Shown one piece after another: positions 27,157 to 38,954 of a stretch of 64,000 bases of DNA; within the stretch, counting starts at the first letter, position 1; each line of letters starts with the position of its first letter. The translations under genes and the position numbers were made by a program. Source of the DNA: an uncultured Planctomycetota bacterium (GTDB lineage Bacteria > Planctomycetota > Planctomycetia > Isosphaerales > Isosphaeraceae); the NCBI GenBank assembly GCA_963737655.1, contig CAVTTN010000002.1, forward strand, positions 704,001 to 768,000. The letters run 5' to 3'. The notes beneath the pieces were generated by a model. It made no database searches, was not told the DNA's origin, and saw only the letters and a list, made by a program, of their open reading frames with translations.

Positions 27157-29308
27157 ATGAGCCTTTGCCCCCCCGAAGACCGGCTCCTGTCCCTCGTCGA
27201 GGGCACCCTGCCCGAGGCGGAATGGCCGGGCCTGGCGGGGCACGTCCAGGGCTGCCCGGGATGCCAGAGGGCCCTGGAGGTGCTGACCGACGCCCCGAGC
27301 CTCCTGGGGAAGAGGCCGACCGAGACGCCCCTCCTCTCCTGGCCGGTCCCGCCCGGCCCCGACGATCCCCCCTCCGATCCGGGAGACGACGACGAGTTCG
27401 ACGACGCCGACCCGGCCTCCCGGTTCCCCTTCCTGGGGCCGCCGACCCGGGCCGGGGCCCTGGGCCGGCTCGGCCACTTCGAGGTCCTCGAATTCCTGGG
27501 CCGGGGCGGGTTCGGGATCGTCTTCCGGGCGTTCGACGACGCCCTCCACCGGGACGTCGCCCTGAAGGTCCTCGCCCCGGAGCTGGCGGCCTCGCCCTCG
27601 GCCCGCCGGAGGTTCCTCCGCGAGGCCCGGTCGGCCGCCTCGGTCCGTCACGAGAACGTGGTGCAGGTCCACGCCGTCGAGGAGAGGCCGGTCCCGTTCC
27701 TCGTGATGGAGTACGTCCGGGGCGAGACCCTGGCGCGGAGGATCTCCCGCGACGGCCCCCTGGGCGCCCCGGACGTGGCCCGGCTCGGGCGGCAGATCGC
27801 CCGGGCCCTGGCGGCGGCCCACGCCAGCGGCCTGGTCCATCGCGACGTCAAGCCCGCCAACATCCTGATCGAAGAGGGGCCCGACGGCGCGCCCGGCTGA
27901 CGGACTTCGGCCTGTCGAGGACGGCCGACGACCCCGGCTCCTCGCGGAGCGGCCTGCTCGCCGGGACCCCCGCCTTCATGGCCCCCGAGCAGGCCCGGGG
28001 CGAGCCGGTCGATCGCCGGTCCGACCTCTTCAGCCTGGGCGGCGTCCTGTATGCCATGGCCACGGGCCGGCCCCCGTTCCCGGCCGCCGGCGTCCTGGCG
28101 GTCTTGAAGAAGATCGCCGAGGAGGCCCCGAGGCCGATCCGGGAGGCCAACCCCGAGGCGCCCCGGTGGCTCGTCCTCCTGGTCGGCCGGCTCCTGGAGA
28201 AGGCGCCGGACGACCGGTTCCCGGGGGCGGACGAGGTCGCCGACCTCCTGGAACAGGCCGAGGCCGGTCGTCGCCCCGCGATCCCTCGCCCGAAGCGGCC
28301 GGGCCGATGGACGCGGAGGGCCGCGATGGCCGCCCTGGCGACGGCCGCCACCTGGGCGCCTCCTCCCGGCTCCGGCCCGCCCGATCGCCCGACCGGGGGC
28401 CGATCCTGCCTCATGAGGGCGTCATCAACGGGATCGACTTCCAACCGGGCGGGGCGATCCTGGCCACCTTCGTGGACCGGCGACGCTCGGTCCGGCTCTG
28501 GGACCTCTCGACCCGGCAGGTCCGGGCCACCCTCGACGGGCCGACCGAGGTCCGCGACGTCCGGTTCAGCCCCGACGGCGCCACCCTGGCGATCGCCGGC
28601 GCCGACGGGACGGCCCGGCTCTGGGACGTCGCCTCCGGCCGGGCGTTCCGCACCTTCCGGGGCCACTCGCTGTGGCTCCGCTGCGTCCGCTTCAGCCCGG
28701 GGGGCGACCGGCTCGTGACCGCGTCCCAGGACCGGACCGTCCGGATCTGGGACGTGGCCCGGGAGGAGGCCATCCGGGTGTTGGAGGGGCACACCGCCGA
28801 GGTCCCTTACGCCGAGTTCAGCCCGGACGGCTCGCGAGTGGTGTCGGCCGGCTGCGACGGCTCGATCCGCGTCTGGGACGCCTCGACCGGGGAGCCGGTC
28901 GCCGCCGTCTCGCCCCCCTTCGGGACCCTTTATATTTCCGACTCTCGCTTCACTTCCGACTCCCGGCGGATCGTCGCCACCGCGCGCGACGACCCGCGCC
29001 TCGGCCTCTGGAGGCCGGGCCCCGATTCCCCCGTCACCTTCCTCAGGCTCCCCATCGGGGACGTGCAATGCGTGGCCCCCGGCCCCGGCCCCGGCCTCGC
29101 GGCCTGCTGCGGGGCCCACGCCCTCCCGGACCGATTCGCCGCGGGCCTCTTCCGGCTCGAGACCGGGGAGCAGGTCGCCTCCTACGCCCACCCCGGGACC
29201 GTCCACGAGGTCGCCTTCAGCGACGACGGGCGAATCCTCGCCACGGCCGGCGAGGACCGGACCGTCCGCCTCTGGGACCCGCGAACCGGCTCGGCCCTTT
29301 CCTCCTGA
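27157..29308 (+). CDS. Zn-finger/anti-sigma-like Ser/Thr kinase with WD40 repeats (apparent frameshifts ~27890, ~28390)
   Basis: HVQGCPGC; LGRGGFGIV, VALK, HRDVKPANIL; DFGL...GTPAFMAPEQ in a second frame; WD40 repeats in a third frame. Confidence 0.85.
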
Positions 29309-29394
29309 CCCGCCCGACTGCCATCGATTTGGAGACGACCGCCCGGTTCAGGTCAACGACGGTCCGGATTGCCTCCGGCCCACGGGCGTGGCTC

Positions 29395-29985
29395 TCACCC
29401 CTCGGGCGTGTCGAGCAGGTGTTGCAGGCGGGCGCCCAGCTCGGGCGGGAACCGGGCCGGCCAGGTGGCGTCGATCAAGCCGACCTCGAGGAAGTCGCGG
29501 AGGTGCGTCCGGTCCTTGTCGCGGTAGGATGTCAGCTTCATCAGGACGAGCGATTCCAGGGGCACGACCCGGTAGCCGCCCGGGGCCTCGGTGACCTCCA
29601 GGTCGGGGGACGGGGCGAGGGCGTCGGGTCGGACCTTCTCTCCGGCGAAGAGGATGTGGACGGCGTCCCGGGCCTTCGCCCCGGGGCCATCCAAAAACAT
29701 GTCGATGCTCTTGACGTGGCGGTAGACGAAGCCGGCCCCGGACAGGGCGGCCTTGGCGGCCTCCAGGTCGGGGCGGCGGAGGAGGATATCGACGTCCTGA
29801 GTGGACCGGACCGCCGCGCGATCGACCGTCGCGACCCAGGCCCCCACCGCGTTGCCGCCGATCACAGCATAGGGGATGCCGTGGGACTCCAGGGCCGTCG
29901 CGGCGCGGCGCAGACGATCTCGGACCGCTTCCACGGCATCCACCATCCTGTCGAGGATCTCGTCCCCGATGACGAGGTCTTGCAT
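29395..29985 (-). CDS. Nucleotidyltransferase-family protein
   Basis: From ATG 29985: YAVIGGNAV...RSTQDVDILL...LVLMKL..RDKDR.HL, a pol-beta-fold NTase signature. Confidence 0.8.
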   Translation of the reverse strand: MQDLVIGDEILDRMVDAVEAVRDRLRRAATALESHGIPYAVIGGNAVGAWVATVDRAAVRSTQDVDILLRRPDLEAAKAALSGAGFVYRHVKSIDMFLDGPGAKARDAVHILFAGEKVRPDALAPSPDLEVTEAPGGYRVVPLESLVLMKLTSYRDKDRTHLRDFLEVGLIDATWPARFPPELGARLQHLLDTPEG

Positions 29986-30056
29986 GGGAATGCCTCCGCC
30001 CAGGAGGGAGAGGGGTGCCCCGCACGGTCCGTGTTCCGGGGCACGCATGGAAGTGT

Positions 30057-30095
30057 GCGGCCCGGGGCGCTTCGCGGCGAAGCGCCCGGGGCCGC
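30057..30095 (-). terminator. Strong hairpin after ppdK
   Basis: gcggcccggggcgcttcgc-g-gcgaagcgcccggggccgc, near-perfect IR 6 nt after the stop codon. Confidence 0.55.
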
Positions 30096-30101
30096 GATCG
30101 A

Positions 30102-32777
30102 TCACTTGTCGCGTGACGTCTTCTCGCCGCCGGCGAGGGCGGCCTGGGCGGCGGCGAGACGGGCGATGGGGACGCGGAACGGGGAGCAGGAGACGTAGTC
30201 CATCCCCACCTTGTGGCAGAAGGCCACGCTGTCCGGGTCTCCTCCGTGCTCCCCGCAGATCCCCACCTTCAGGTGCTCGCCGGTCTTCTCCTTGCGGGAC
30301 TTCCGGCCCTTCTGGATGCCCATCTCCACGAGCTGTCCCACGCCGCTCGCGTCGAGCGTCTGGAACGGGTCCACCGGGAGGATCTTGGCCTCGATGTACG
30401 AGCCCATGAACGAGGTGATGTCGTCCCGGGAGAAGCCGAAGGTCATCTGCGTGAGGTCGTTGGTGCCGAAGGAGAAGAACTCCGCCTCCTCGGCGATCCG
30501 GTCGGCCGTGAGCGCGGCGCGAGGGACCTCGATCATCGTGCCGACGAGGTATTCGACCTTCGTCCCGGCCTTCTGCATGACCTCCTCGGCCACGCTGACC
30601 GCCCTCTTCCTCAGGAAGGCGAGCTCCTCGACCGTCCCCACCAGCGGGATCATGATCTCGGGGAGGACGTCGATGCCTTGCTTCTTCACGTCGATGGCCG
30701 CCTCGATGATCGCTCGGACCTGCATGTCGCCGATCTCCGGGAACTTGATCGCCAGGCGGCAGCCGCGGAGGCCCAGCATCGGGTTGGCCTCGTGGAGCGA
30801 ATCGACCCGCTCCTTGACCTTCTTCACCGGGATGCCCAGCTGCTCGGCGACCTCGGTCTGCCCCTTCTCGTCGTGGGGGAGGAACTCGTGCAAGGGCGGG
30901 TCGAGGAGGCGGATCGTGACCGGGAGGCCGGCCATCGCCTGGAAGATGCCGACGAAATCGGCCTTCTGGTACGGCTCGAGGGCGGCGAGCGCCGTCTTCC
31001 GGCCCGCCTCGTCGTCGGCGAGGATCATCTTGCGCATGTCGATGATCCGCTGCCCCTCGAAGAACATGTGCTCGGTCCGGCAGAGGCCGATGCCCTCGGC
31101 GCCGAACTCGCGGGCCTTCTGCGCGTCCTTCGGGGCGTCGGCGTTGGTGCGGACCTTCAGGGTGCGGACCTTGTCGGCCCAGCCCATCAGGGTGGCGAAG
31201 TCGCCGGACATGGTGGCCTCGACCGTCGGCACCTGGCCGATCATGACGTCGCCGGTGGTGCCGTTGATCGTCAGGTAGTCGCCGACCTTCACCGTGTGGC
31301 CGGCGATGGTGATCTGCCCGGCCTTCTCGTCGATCTGGATCGCGGCGCAGCCGACGACGCACGGCTTGCCCCAGCCTCGGGCGACGACGGCCGCATGGCT
31401 CGCCTTGCCGCCGGTGGCCGTGAGGATGCCCTTGGCCAGGTGCATCCCGGCGACGTCCTCCGGGCTGGTCTCCTTGCGGACGAGCATGATCGGCTGGCCG
31501 GGGTGGGCCTCGGCGTGGGCCACGGCGGCCTCGGCCGACAGCACGACCTTGCCGCTGGCCGCGCCGGGGCTGGCCGCGATCCCCTGGGCCACCGGCGTCA
31601 CCTTGGCCTTGGGGTCGAGCTGGGGCAGGAGGAGGTGGTTCAGCGCGTCGGGATTGACCCGCTTGATGGCCGTCTTCTCGTCGATCAGCCCTTCCTTGAC
31701 CATCTCCACGGCGATGGCGACGGCCGAGGTCCCGGTCCTCTTGCCGGTCCGGGTCTGGAGCATGTACAGGGTGCCTTCCTGCACCGTGAACTCGATGTCC
31801 TGCATCTCCTTGTAGTGGGATTCCAGCTTCTCGCGGATCCCCATGAGCTGCTTGTAGACCACCGGCATGTCCTGGTCGAGCCGGGCGATCGGCTCGGGCG
31901 TGCGGATGCCGGCGACGACGTCCTCGCCCTGGGCGTTGATCAGGTAATCGCCGTAGAACACGTTCTCGCCGGTGTTCGGGTCGCGGGTGAACGCCACGCC
32001 GGTGCCCGAGGTCTCGCCCATGTTGCCGAAGACCATCGCCTGGACGTTCACCGCCGTGCCCTTGAGCCCGGAGATCCGCTCGATCCGCCGGTACTCGATC
32101 GCCTTCTTGCCGTTCCAGGAGTTGAACACGGCGTTGATGGCCAGCATGAGCTGCTGGACGGGGTCTTGCGGGAAGTCCTCGTGGACGTGGTGCTTGTAGA
32201 CGGCCTTGTACCGCTTGACCAGCTCCTTCAGGTCGTCGGCCGAGAGCTGGGTGTCGAGCTCGACGCCCTTCTCCTTCTTCAGCGAGGAGAGCTCGTGCTC
32301 GAACAGCTCGTGCTCGACGCCCATCGCCGTGGAGCCGAACATGTCGATCAACCGGCGGTAGCCGTCGAGGGCGAACCGGGCGTTGCCGGTCTTCTTGGCC
32401 AGCCCCTCGACCGAGGCATCGGTCAACCCCAGGTTCAAGATCGTGTTCATCATCCCCGGCATGGAGAGCGCGGCGCCGGAGCGGACGGAGACGAGCAGGG
32501 GGTCGCTCGGGTCGCCGAACTTGGCGCCGTAGAGGCTCTCCATCTGCTTGATGGCGGCCTGGATCTGGGGGACGGCGGCCTCGGGGAGCTTCTTGCCGTT
32601 CTCGTAGTAGGCGGCGCAGACCTCGGTGGTGATGGTGAAGCCCGGGGGGACGGGGATGCCGATGACGCTCATCTCGGCGAGGTTGGCGCCCTTGCCGCCG
32701 AGCAGCTCCTTCATGTCGGCCTTGCCGTCGGCCTTGCCGCCGCCGAACGAGTACACGTATTTGGGCTGATCGGACAT
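30102..32777 (-). CDS. ppdK: Pyruvate, phosphate dikinase
   Basis: KYVYSFG, LLGGKGANLAEM, VSVRSGA..SMPGMM, GGKASHAAVVAR (phospho-His), GIGLCRTEHMF, FFSFGTNDLTQ, GICGEHGGDP. Confidence 0.98.
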   Translation of the reverse strand: MSDQPKYVYSFGGGKADGKADMKELLGGKGANLAEMSVIGIPVPPGFTITTEVCAAYYENGKKLPEAAVPQIQAAIKQMESLYGAKFGDPSDPLLVSVRSGAALSMPGMMNTILNLGLTDASVEGLAKKTGNARFALDGYRRLIDMFGSTAMGVEHELFEHELSSLKKEKGVELDTQLSADDLKELVKRYKAVYKHHVHEDFPQDPVQQLMLAINAVFNSWNGKKAIEYRRIERISGLKGTAVNVQAMVFGNMGETSGTGVAFTRDPNTGENVFYGDYLINAQGEDVVAGIRTPEPIARLDQDMPVVYKQLMGIREKLESHYKEMQDIEFTVQEGTLYMLQTRTGKRTGTSAVAIAVEMVKEGLIDEKTAIKRVNPDALNHLLLPQLDPKAKVTPVAQGIAASPGAASGKVVLSAEAAVAHAEAHPGQPIMLVRKETSPEDVAGMHLAKGILTATGGKASHAAVVARGWGKPCVVGCAAIQIDEKAGQITIAGHTVKVGDYLTINGTTGDVMIGQVPTVEATMSGDFATLMGWADKVRTLKVRTNADAPKDAQKAREFGAEGIGLCRTEHMFFEGQRIIDMRKMILADDEAGRKTALAALEPYQKADFVGIFQAMAGLPVTIRLLDPPLHEFLPHDEKGQTEVAEQLGIPVKKVKERVDSLHEANPMLGLRGCRLAIKFPEIGDMQVRAIIEAAIDVKKQGIDVLPEIMIPLVGTVEELAFLRKRAVSVAEEVMQKAGTKVEYLVGTMIEVPRAALTADRIAEEAEFFSFGTNDLTQMTFGFSRDDITSFMGSYIEAKILPVDPFQTLDASGVGQLVEMGIQKGRKSRKEKTGEHLKVGICGEHGGDPDSVAFCHKVGMDYVSCSPFRVPIARLAAAQAALAGGEKTSRDK

Positions 32778-32781
32778 CGGT

Positions 32782-33090
32782 CTACTGAACTCCATGAGAC
32801 GCGGCGGGAAGGGCGCGCCGGCCCCGTCCCGGGGCCTTCGACGCAAGGGCCATGCACCGCAAAACGTAACGGATCGAGGGGCGGACCGTCAAGTGCCCCG
32901 ACGGGCCCCCCTCCCTCTGAAGGAGCACCGCGAACCACGCCGCCAGCTCGTCGCCGTCGCCCGCCGAGCCGATCGGCGTGATCGCCACGACCCGCCACCC
33001 GTCCTGAAGGTATTCGTCCAGGTGCTCCTGGACCCCGCGATCCTCGTCCACGAGGGTGGTCATATAGATCGTGATCAGCCGCTGTTCCAT
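32782..33090 (-). CDS. Small hypothetical protein (DUF4177-like)
   Basis: MEQRLITI...LDEYLQDGWRVVAI...WFAVLLQR. The true C-terminus may end earlier, near 32890. Confidence 0.6.
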   Translation of the reverse strand: MEQRLITIYMTTLVDEDRGVQEHLDEYLQDGWRVVAITPIGSAGDGDELAAWFAVLLQREGGPSGHLTVRPSIRYVLRCMALASKAPGRGRRALPAASHGVQ

Positions 33091-33125
33091 CACCGGGCCC
33101 TCCCTAATGCGCGGCCCTCGCCCAC

Positions 33126-36100
33126 TCATTTCTCGTCGAGAAGCGTCGGGCCGGCGTCCCAGATGTGAACTTCGCCGAGCTTGCCCCCGGCCGATACGAT
33201 CTTCCGGCGGTCTCCGCTGACGGCCAGGGTCGATCCGCCGCCCGGGATCGAGAGGAATTCGGTCCCTTCCTCCGCGTCCCACACGCGGATCGACCCATCC
33301 GAGCTGCCGGTGAACATCCGCCGACCATCGCCGCTGAACCCGACGCCGTCGACGAAATCGGTGTGGCCTCTCAGCGTCCTCAGCTCCCGGCCCGAGGCGA
33401 CGTCCCAGAGCTTGGCGGTGTGGTCGCGGCTGCCGGTGATCAAGCGCGTGCCGTCGGCCGAGAAGGCCAGGGACATGCCCGCGGCCGAATGGGCGGTGAC
33501 GTGCGACCACAGGGGCTGGCGGGCGGTCAGGTCCCACAGCGCCACCCCGCCGTTGGAGCCGATCACGGCCAGGCGGTCCCCCGCCGGATGGAAGGCGAGA
33601 AAGGGGATCTCGGCGACGTGCCCCATCGAGTCTCCCATGGGCTGACCCGTCTTCGCATCCCAGAGCCGCACGGTCTTGTCCGTCCCGCCCGTGGCGAGCG
33701 TCTGGCCGTCGGGGCTATAGGCGACGCACGAGACGTGCTCATGGGCGCGGAAGCTCAGGATCGGCTTGCCGCTTTCGAGGTTCCAGATGATCACCGTGCC
33801 GTCGCAGGCGGTCGCGAGTCGGCCTCCTTCCGGGCGAAACGACACGCTGAGGACGGTGTTCGAGTGCCTCAGGGTCTGGGCCCTCCGACCGGTCTCGGCA
33901 TCCCAGACGACGGCCATCCCATCGCCGCTGGCGGCGGCCACGAGCTTGGCGTCCCGGCTGAAGGCGACCTGGGTAATCCGGGAGGAGGATCCGATCAGGT
34001 CAAGTCTCTCTGGGGGCTTAATGTCCAGGTCCCAGATGCGTGTGTCATTGCACGAGGTCGCCAGGCTCCGGCCGTCAGGCGAGAAGGCGAGGTCGATCGC
34101 GCCTTCGTGGGGGAACTCGAACCACTGGCGCCCCGCTTTGCTGGGGTCATCCAGGCAGCCCTCGCCGTGGAGGAGGAGGCCGGATGCGTTGTGGGCACGG
34201 AAGGTCAACGCCTCGCGGCCAGTCGCCGTGTCCCAGAGACCGACCCGCCCGCGGGGGCCATCGGCCGCCGTCGGCTTGCGGGGATGATACGGCCAGGTGT
34301 CGCCCGCGGCGATCCATCGGCCGTCGGGGCTGACGGCCAGGGACGCGAACTCGTGGAAGCCGGAGCCGAGCCGCTGGACCTGGCGTCCCGTCTCCAGGAC
34401 CCAGATGCGGACGGTCTTGTCATGGCTGGCCGAGGCGAGCCGGCGGCCGTCGCCGAGGAAGGCGACCCGGGAAATCGTTCCCTCGTGCCCCGACATCGTG
34501 AGGGCCACATCGCGTTCTCCGAGCCGGTGAAGAAGGACCAGGCGATCGGCCCCGCCCGAGGCCAGGAGGTGACCATCGGCGCTGAACGCCAGGCCGTAGA
34601 CCGCCTTCGAATGCCGGCGGATCACGTCTACCGGGGCGAGGTCGGCCACGCTCCACAGAATGAGACTCCCGTCCTCGCAACCGGCCGCCACGAGCCGGCC
34701 GTCCCGGCTCAGGGCCATTGACGTGATCCTGGACTGGGCATCGACCGAGCGCTTGACCTGCCCGGTCGCGGCGCTCCAGATCAGGACCTGGCTCCCCGAT
34801 GACGAGGCCAGCATCGCCCCCCCGGGGAGGAACTTGATGGCCCCGGACGGCTTCAAGAACGTCTCCCCGGCGGTGCCAGTCCTCGCATTCCAGAGGCTCG
34901 TGGATCTCTCCGCGAGTCCCACGGCGAGCGTCAGGCCCGACGGCCCGAAATCGATCGCCGGGACGCCCCAGGAGTGCCCCGGGATGACCAGCCGGGGCTT
35001 CGCCGTCGGCCCGGCCACTATCGGCTGGTTGGCCAGGGCGATCGTGGGTGAGAGCTGGCGCTTCAGGTACGACCATTCCCAGCCCCTCTGCTCGGCCGGG
35101 CAGCGGTCGAGCAGGGGGCCGACGAGGTCCCAGCCCTTCGCCTTCATCGCCCAGTCGGCGGCCCGGATCAGGTCCGCGTAGGTCTCGGCCTTCGGGGCAG
35201 GTGGGTTCGCTTCCTCCGGGATCGAGGGGTCCTGGGTCGCCCCCTTCGCCGCCGCGGTCACCTCCGTCCCGGGACCGGCCGGCGTGCCGGGGCCGGGTCC
35301 TGTGACCCTTGGAGGGTCGGGCTGGGACTCCGGCTCGGGGGCCTTCGCGGGCTCGGGTGCCGGGGCCCGTGGTGGGACGGTCCTGGCGATCGAGGGAAGG
35401 GAAGGGGTGGGATCCGGAGGGCCGTGGCGCCGGACGAACATCGCCCATCCGAGGAACGCCAGGCCGGTCAGGACGGCGGCGACCGCCGCCGCAACCCAGG
35501 GCCCTGCCGATCTCCGGCCCACGGTGCGACGGGGAGGGCCCGCGATCGTTGAGAGACTCGCCAGCGGGTCGGCCTTGGCCTCGAAAGGCTTCGTCGGCGC
35601 GGCCCGGGCGACCATCCGTCCATCGAGCCAGGCGGAAAGCGCCTCGGCCATCTCCGTGAGGCTGCCGAACCGCTCCTCGGGCGGCTTGGCCAGGGCCTTC
35701 ATGCAGATCGCTTCGAGGTCGGCCGGGACCTCGGGCCGGACCCTGGAGGGGGCTCGGGGGCCGTCCTCAGGACGTGGAAGATCACGACCGAGGGCGGCCC
35801 GCTGAACGGCGGGTGGCCGGCGAGCATCTCGTACAGGGTGGCGCCCAGGGCGTACTGGTCGCTCGCTGCGGTGGCCTCGCCCGAGCGGCCCGAAGCCTGC
35901 TCGGGTGCCATGTAGGCGGGCGTCCCGAGGATCGCCCCCGAGTGCGTAAGTCGGTCGGCCGAGCTTCCCCATCGGGCCAGCCCGAAATCCATCAGGAGGG
36001 CCCGGCCCCGGGTATCGATCATGACGTTCGCCGGCTTCACGTCGCGGTGGACGATCCCCAGCGAGTGCGCCTTGTCCAGGGCGCCGGCCAGGTCTCGGGC

Positions 36101-36604
36101 GATCCGGGCCGCCTCACGGGGGTCCATCGGCCCGTCGGCCAGGTGCTCCGAGAGGGTTCGGCCGGCGATCAGGGCCGCCGCGATGAACGGGAGGCCGTCG
36201 TGGGTCCCGGCCTCGAAGATCGGCACCACGTTGGGATGGCGGAGCTGCGCCGCCGCCCTCGCCTCGCGCAGGAACCGCTCGACGGCCGAGGAGTCGGCCA
36301 GGGTGCCGAGGTGGGGGACCTTAAGTGCGACCTCACGATCGAGGGACGGGTCATAGGCCCGGTAGACCGCCCCGAAGGCCCCCAGGCCCAGCCTCTGACG
36401 GACCTGGAACCGGCCCACCGCCGCCGGGACAGCCGTCGGCGAAGGGGGGGCCTGGAAGCCGCCCGACGCCCCCGAGGCGACGCCGGAGGCCGCCAGGGAG
36501 AACGTCCGGCCGCAACCCTTGCACCGCCCCACCCGCCCGGCCAGGCTCTCGTCGATCCGGAAGGACCGCCCGCATTCGGGGCAGAACACCGCGATATCCG
36601 CCAT
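33126..36604 (-). CDS. Ser/Thr kinase with N-terminal Zn ribbon, TM segment and WD40 repeats (apparent frameshift ~35750)
   Basis: CPECG...CKGCG; LGLGAFGAVY, HRDVKPAN, DFG, GTPAYMAPEQ; then LEAICMKALAK, a TM helix, RGWEW.YL and many WD40 repeats. Confidence 0.88.
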
Positions 36605-36790
36605 CTGAGCGACTCCGCTCCGAAGCTCCGTCGCCGGACCCGTTGCGAGAAATTGTGGCGGAGTTGCGCGCCTCCCTCAAGCGAAATCGCCCGGGCCGGG
36701 TCCATTTGCGGGGGGCGACCTGGTAGGATAAGCGGCGAGGCGCGGGCGAGGAGTCACGGCGGCAGCCAGGTTCGGACGGAGGCCCGAGCG

Positions 36791-37462
36791 ATGATCAAAC
36801 AGAGACCCCATCCCGGACGTCCTGGGTCCTGGCTCGCCCTCCTGCTGGCGATCGCCGCCCCGGCCGTCGCCCAGGATGGGCCTCCGACGATCGATTCGGC
36901 CGACCAGCGGTTCGAGAAGCTTCAGGCCGCGTTCCTGAAAGATCCGGCCAGGGTCCATTATCGCGACGTCCGCCGCGCGTTCGGCTCGACCACGTTCTAC
37001 GCCCCCTATGACCTGACCGTCCCGGAGAAGCTCCGGGAGATCTCCCTGGCGATCGGCCGGGGGGAATTGCAGGAGAGCGAGGCGGCCCTGCTCAAGCTCG
37101 CCCGGGCCGAGCGGCAGATGAGGCTCGACACCCTCGCCATGCTCCAGGGCCTCTATGAAAAGATGGGCCGGACCGACGACGCCCTCCGCGTCAAGGCCCG
37201 GATCGCCCCGATCCTCGACGTCCTCTTCGAGAAAGGGTCCGGCCAGAGCCTGGAGACGGCCATCCCCATCCTCTTCATCCAGGAAGAATACCTCGTGACG
37301 GTCAGGCTCCGGGTCAAGGAGAAGCTCCATGTGGTCCACGACGGCCACAAGTACGACGTCTTCACCCTCGAGGCCCGAGACGGCCAGCCGTCGCGGAAGG
37401 TCTATTTCCAGGTGGACCTCCCCCGCAAGGCGATCGGCAACACGCTGGACCTGGGCCGGTAG
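36791..37462 (+). CDS. Secreted hypothetical protein (DUF4919-like)
   Basis: Signal peptide; GSGQSLETAIPILFIQEEY...DGHKYDV...KVYF. Confidence 0.65.
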   Translation: MIKQRPHPGRPGSWLALLLAIAAPAVAQDGPPTIDSADQRFEKLQAAFLKDPARVHYRDVRRAFGSTTFYAPYDLTVPEKLREISLAIGRGELQESEAALLKLARAERQMRLDTLAMLQGLYEKMGRTDDALRVKARIAPILDVLFEKGSGQSLETAIPILFIQEEYLVTVRLRVKEKLHVVHDGHKYDVFTLEARDGQPSRKVYFQVDLPRKAIGNTLDLGR

Positions 37463-37478
37463 CCCGGCAGCCGCCCTG

Positions 37479-38855
37479 ATGATCGCGGCCCTGGCGGTCG
37501 GCCCGAGGACGCTCGCCGACGAGCCTCCCGGCCTGGCCCTGGAATACGCCCCGGCGCCGGCCGGCAACCCCCTCAAGGGCCTGGTCCCCTACGCCGGAGC
37601 GGTCCGCGAGGACTTCCCCCACAGCCTGGAATTCCGGTCCTTCCCGCTCTCCGACCTCATGACCGGGCCCGACCGGTTCTCCTGGACGCCCCTGGACGCC
37701 TTCCTCGACGACGTGGCCGGCCGAGGCCACCAGGCGGTGTTCCGCGTCTACCTGGAATACCCCGGCCGGAAGGACGTCCTGCCGAAATTCCTGGTCGAGG
37801 GCGGCCTCAAAATCCATCGCTACATGAACACTAATACTCAGCCGTTGCCGCCCTCGCCTGTGGAGACGCCGGATTACGAAGACCCTCGGCTCCGGGCCGC
37901 GTTGAAATCGTTCATCGCGGCGATGGGGGCGAGGTACGACGGCGACCCCCGGGTCGGGTTCCTGACCGCCGGGCTCCTGGGCACCTGGGGCGAGTGGCAC
38001 GACTATCCCCGGACCGAGCTGTTCGCCAGCAAGGCGGTCCAGGCCGAGGTCATGGACGCCTTCGAGAAGGCGTTCCGGGCTTCTCCGGTCCTCCTCCGAA
38101 ACCCGGCCGGGCCCGGGGACGTGCACTATGCGGAGAACGCCTCGCGGCGCCTCGGCTACCACGACGACTCGTTCGCGTGGACGACCCTCGACACCGGACG
38201 GCCCCAGGACGCCTGGTACTTCCTGCCCACCTTGAAGAGGGCGGGGCCATCGGCCGTGAATGCGTGGAAGACCCGGCCGATCGGCGGCGAGATCCGGCCC
38301 GAGGCGTGGGGCCTCGTGTTCGACGACCCGCCCGGTCCCAACGGGGTCCAGGACTTCGGCCGATCCGTGGCGGAGACCCATGCGACATGGTTGATGGACA
38401 GCGGGATGTTCCGCAAGGACAATCCGAAACCCCGCCGCGACCGCGCCGAGGCGGCCGTCCGCCGGATGGGCTACGAGTTCCACGTCCCCCGGGCCCGCCT
38501 CGCGATCGGCCCGGGGAGACGCCTCACGGTCGCTGCCGAGGTCGAGAACCGAGGCGTCGCACCTCTGTACCACGACTGGCCCGCCCGGTTCGCCCTGCTC
38601 GGGCCGTCGGGGACGATCGCGACGACCTTCGAGGCCGACGCCAGGCTCGCCGGCCTCCTTCCGGGCGGGCCGTCCCGGGCGCTGTCCGGCTCCTTCGACC
38701 TCTCGAAGATCGGGCCCGGCCGATATGCGGTCCTCCTGAGCGTCCCGAACCCCCTGCCGAAGGGCCCGCCGATCCGGTTCGCCAACAAGGAGCAGGACCG
38801 CGACCGCCCGGGATGGCTGACCCTGGGGACGATCCAGTTGCCGGCGACGCCCTGA
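37479..38855 (+). CDS. DUF4832-type putative glycoside hydrolase
   Basis: NPLKGL, PDYEDP, YDGDPRVGFL..GLLGTWGEWH, PIGGEIRPE, RRMGYEF, NRGVAPLY, PIRFAN. Confidence 0.75.
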   Translation: MIAALAVGPRTLADEPPGLALEYAPAPAGNPLKGLVPYAGAVREDFPHSLEFRSFPLSDLMTGPDRFSWTPLDAFLDDVAGRGHQAVFRVYLEYPGRKDVLPKFLVEGGLKIHRYMNTNTQPLPPSPVETPDYEDPRLRAALKSFIAAMGARYDGDPRVGFLTAGLLGTWGEWHDYPRTELFASKAVQAEVMDAFEKAFRASPVLLRNPAGPGDVHYAENASRRLGYHDDSFAWTTLDTGRPQDAWYFLPTLKRAGPSAVNAWKTRPIGGEIRPEAWGLVFDDPPGPNGVQDFGRSVAETHATWLMDSGMFRKDNPKPRRDRAEAAVRRMGYEFHVPRARLAIGPGRRLTVAAEVENRGVAPLYHDWPARFALLGPSGTIATTFEADARLAGLLPGGPSRALSGSFDLSKIGPGRYAVLLSVPNPLPKGPPIRFANKEQDRDRPGWLTLGTIQLPATP

Positions 38856-38954
38856 TCGCGAATCCCACCGCAGAGGGCCGGGGACGTTTCCGCCCGGGAG
38901 ACCGATCGGCCCCGGACGGGGATGAGGAATGGGGGAAAGACCGCCCCCGGTCCC

